NCBI GenBank assembly: GCA_018816245.1
Contig: JAHIVW010000003.1
Coordinates: forward strand, 321,453-385,452
DNA: 64,000 nucleotides
DNA from: Nanobdellota archaeon
GTDB lineage: Archaea > Aenigmatarchaeota > Aenigmatarchaeia > QMZP01
Reading direction: 5' to 3'
In this document: piece after piece, positions 63,262-64,000 of the stretch
How the letters are laid out: every line of letters starts with the position of its first letter
Position numbering within the stretch: the first letter of the stretch is position 1
Position numbers and translations under genes: made by a program
Notes under the pieces: generated by a model
What the model was told of the DNA's origin: nothing
The model's database searches: none
The model's input: only the letters and a program-made list of their open reading frames with translations

Positions 63262-64000
63262 ATGCGGGAATATGGTACGGTCATCTCTCAATTCGACAGT
63301 CCGTCAACCCAGAAATTCTCCTTTGTGATTAACAAGGACGTTGTTGTCCGCCGCGGTCAGTTTGTCCAGCTGGCAGGCGATGACGGCACCATGATCGGCC
63401 GCGTTGCTGATATTCGCAAGGCAAACCGCTACTATATGCGCCCAGAATCCGTGAACCAGGTGGAGCAGACCGCTTCCCTTGCTGACACGTACCCAACCTG
63501 GGAATGGGAATTCATGGTTGCTGACGTCATTCCGATCGGGATCATCACGCCTACGGGGATGACGGACGCGAACATTCCACCATCTCCTGGTTCCCGCGTG
63601 TTCGAGCCAGAATCCACAATCCTGGAGCAGTTTTTCGGGTTTGAACCCACTGGTCTCCATCTCGGCCAGCTTGCCCATCACGCAGTCCCGGTTCGCCTGA
63701 ATCTCACCAAGCTGCTGCACAAACACCTCGCTATCCTTGCTATGTCCGGCGCAGGCAAGTCCCATCTGATGGCGATCATTATCGAGGAACTCCTCAAACG
63801 GACCCCGGATCAAGGACAAATCGGCATGGTGGTCATCGACCCACACGGCGAATACGTGGCATTCGCTGATGATCCGGCATATGCAAACACCGTTCGCGTC
63901 ATTCCGATCAATGACGTCCAAATCAGCCTCAAGAACTTGCGGGAGGCGAACTTTCACATGTTTATCCCTGATCTCACGAGTGCGCAAAGCCGGGTTCTGG
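63262..64000 (+). CDS. herA: HerA-type DNA translocase/helicase, N-terminal part (continues beyond the window)
   Basis: Absent from the ORF track because it runs off the edge. Manual translation gives MREYGTVISQFDSPSTQKFSFVINKDVVVRRGQFVQL... (HAS-barrel-like), then LNLTKLLHKHLAILAMSGAGKSHLMAIIIEELL (Walker A). Confidence 0.8.
   Translation, partial: MREYGTVISQFDSPSTQKFSFVINKDVVVRRGQFVQLAGDDGTMIGRVADIRKANRYYMRPESVNQVEQTASLADTYPTWEWEFMVADVIPIGIITPTGMTDANIPPSPGSRVFEPESTILEQFFGFEPTGLHLGQLAHHAVPVRLNLTKLLHKHLAILAMSGAGKSHLMAIIIEELLKRTPDQGQIGMVVIDPHGEYVAFADDPAYANTVRVIPINDVQISLKNLREANFHMFIPDLTSAQSRVL

Noticed and set aside
63304-63987. 227-aa ORF on the minus strand
   Set aside because: The plus strand here encodes an open HerA-like N-terminus with a Walker A motif that runs off the window. 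The minus-strand ORF is a shadow.
1-64000. CRISPR arrays, rRNA genes, IS elements, integrases next to the two tRNA genes
   Set aside because: I saw no regularly spaced direct repeats, no rRNA-like conserved stretches and no transposase- or integrase-like translated motifs on either strand.

Overview
The window is a gene-dense archaeal chromosome fragment. Archaeal markers include FEN1, MCM, ABCE1, aPelota, Rpp29, L7Ae-S28e-L24e, Sec61beta, diphthine synthase, and a tRNA-Gln with a bulge-helix-bulge intron. I cannot place the lineage from sequence alone. About 75 protein genes and 2 tRNAs are supported. I saw no rRNA, CRISPR array, transposase or integrase. Recognisable blocks are a pyrE-pyrC-pyrD-pyrF-argS string, divergent Lrp/glnA, a MacB-type ABC exporter with surface proteins, two-subunit 2-oxoacid:ferredoxin oxidoreductase, a Tes-like radical SAM enzyme with a ferredoxin, fused RibBA, and an Lhr / phosphoesterase / HerA repair neighbourhood. 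The most unusual signals are as follows. (1) A near-identical 15-nt palindrome, TATAACAGTGTTATA, recurs only in intergenic DNA between 46.4 and 58.9 kb. It brackets two inversely oriented units that share a TTTAAATA promoter-like box, a homologous ~350-390 nt hairpin-packed GC-rich leader, and a hairpin/TTCTTTTC terminator, yet carry unrelated ORFs. (2) A tightly packed divergent block at 4.2-11.0 kb has large uncharacterised proteins and a tandem paralog pair. (3) A HypC domain is fused to a HydE-like radical SAM enzyme, next to a HydG-like enzyme and a NikR/ZIP metal module. (4) A membrane-anchored TIMP/NTR-like protein has a CTCVPP N-terminus after its signal peptide. (5) A 1198-aa zinc-ribbon/polytopic/Cys-rich surface protein forms an operon with a triple-repeat secreted partner. 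(6) A secreted-protein cluster is bracketed by two paralogous acidic mini-proteins. All functional calls come from reading translated motifs by eye. No database search or computation was run.
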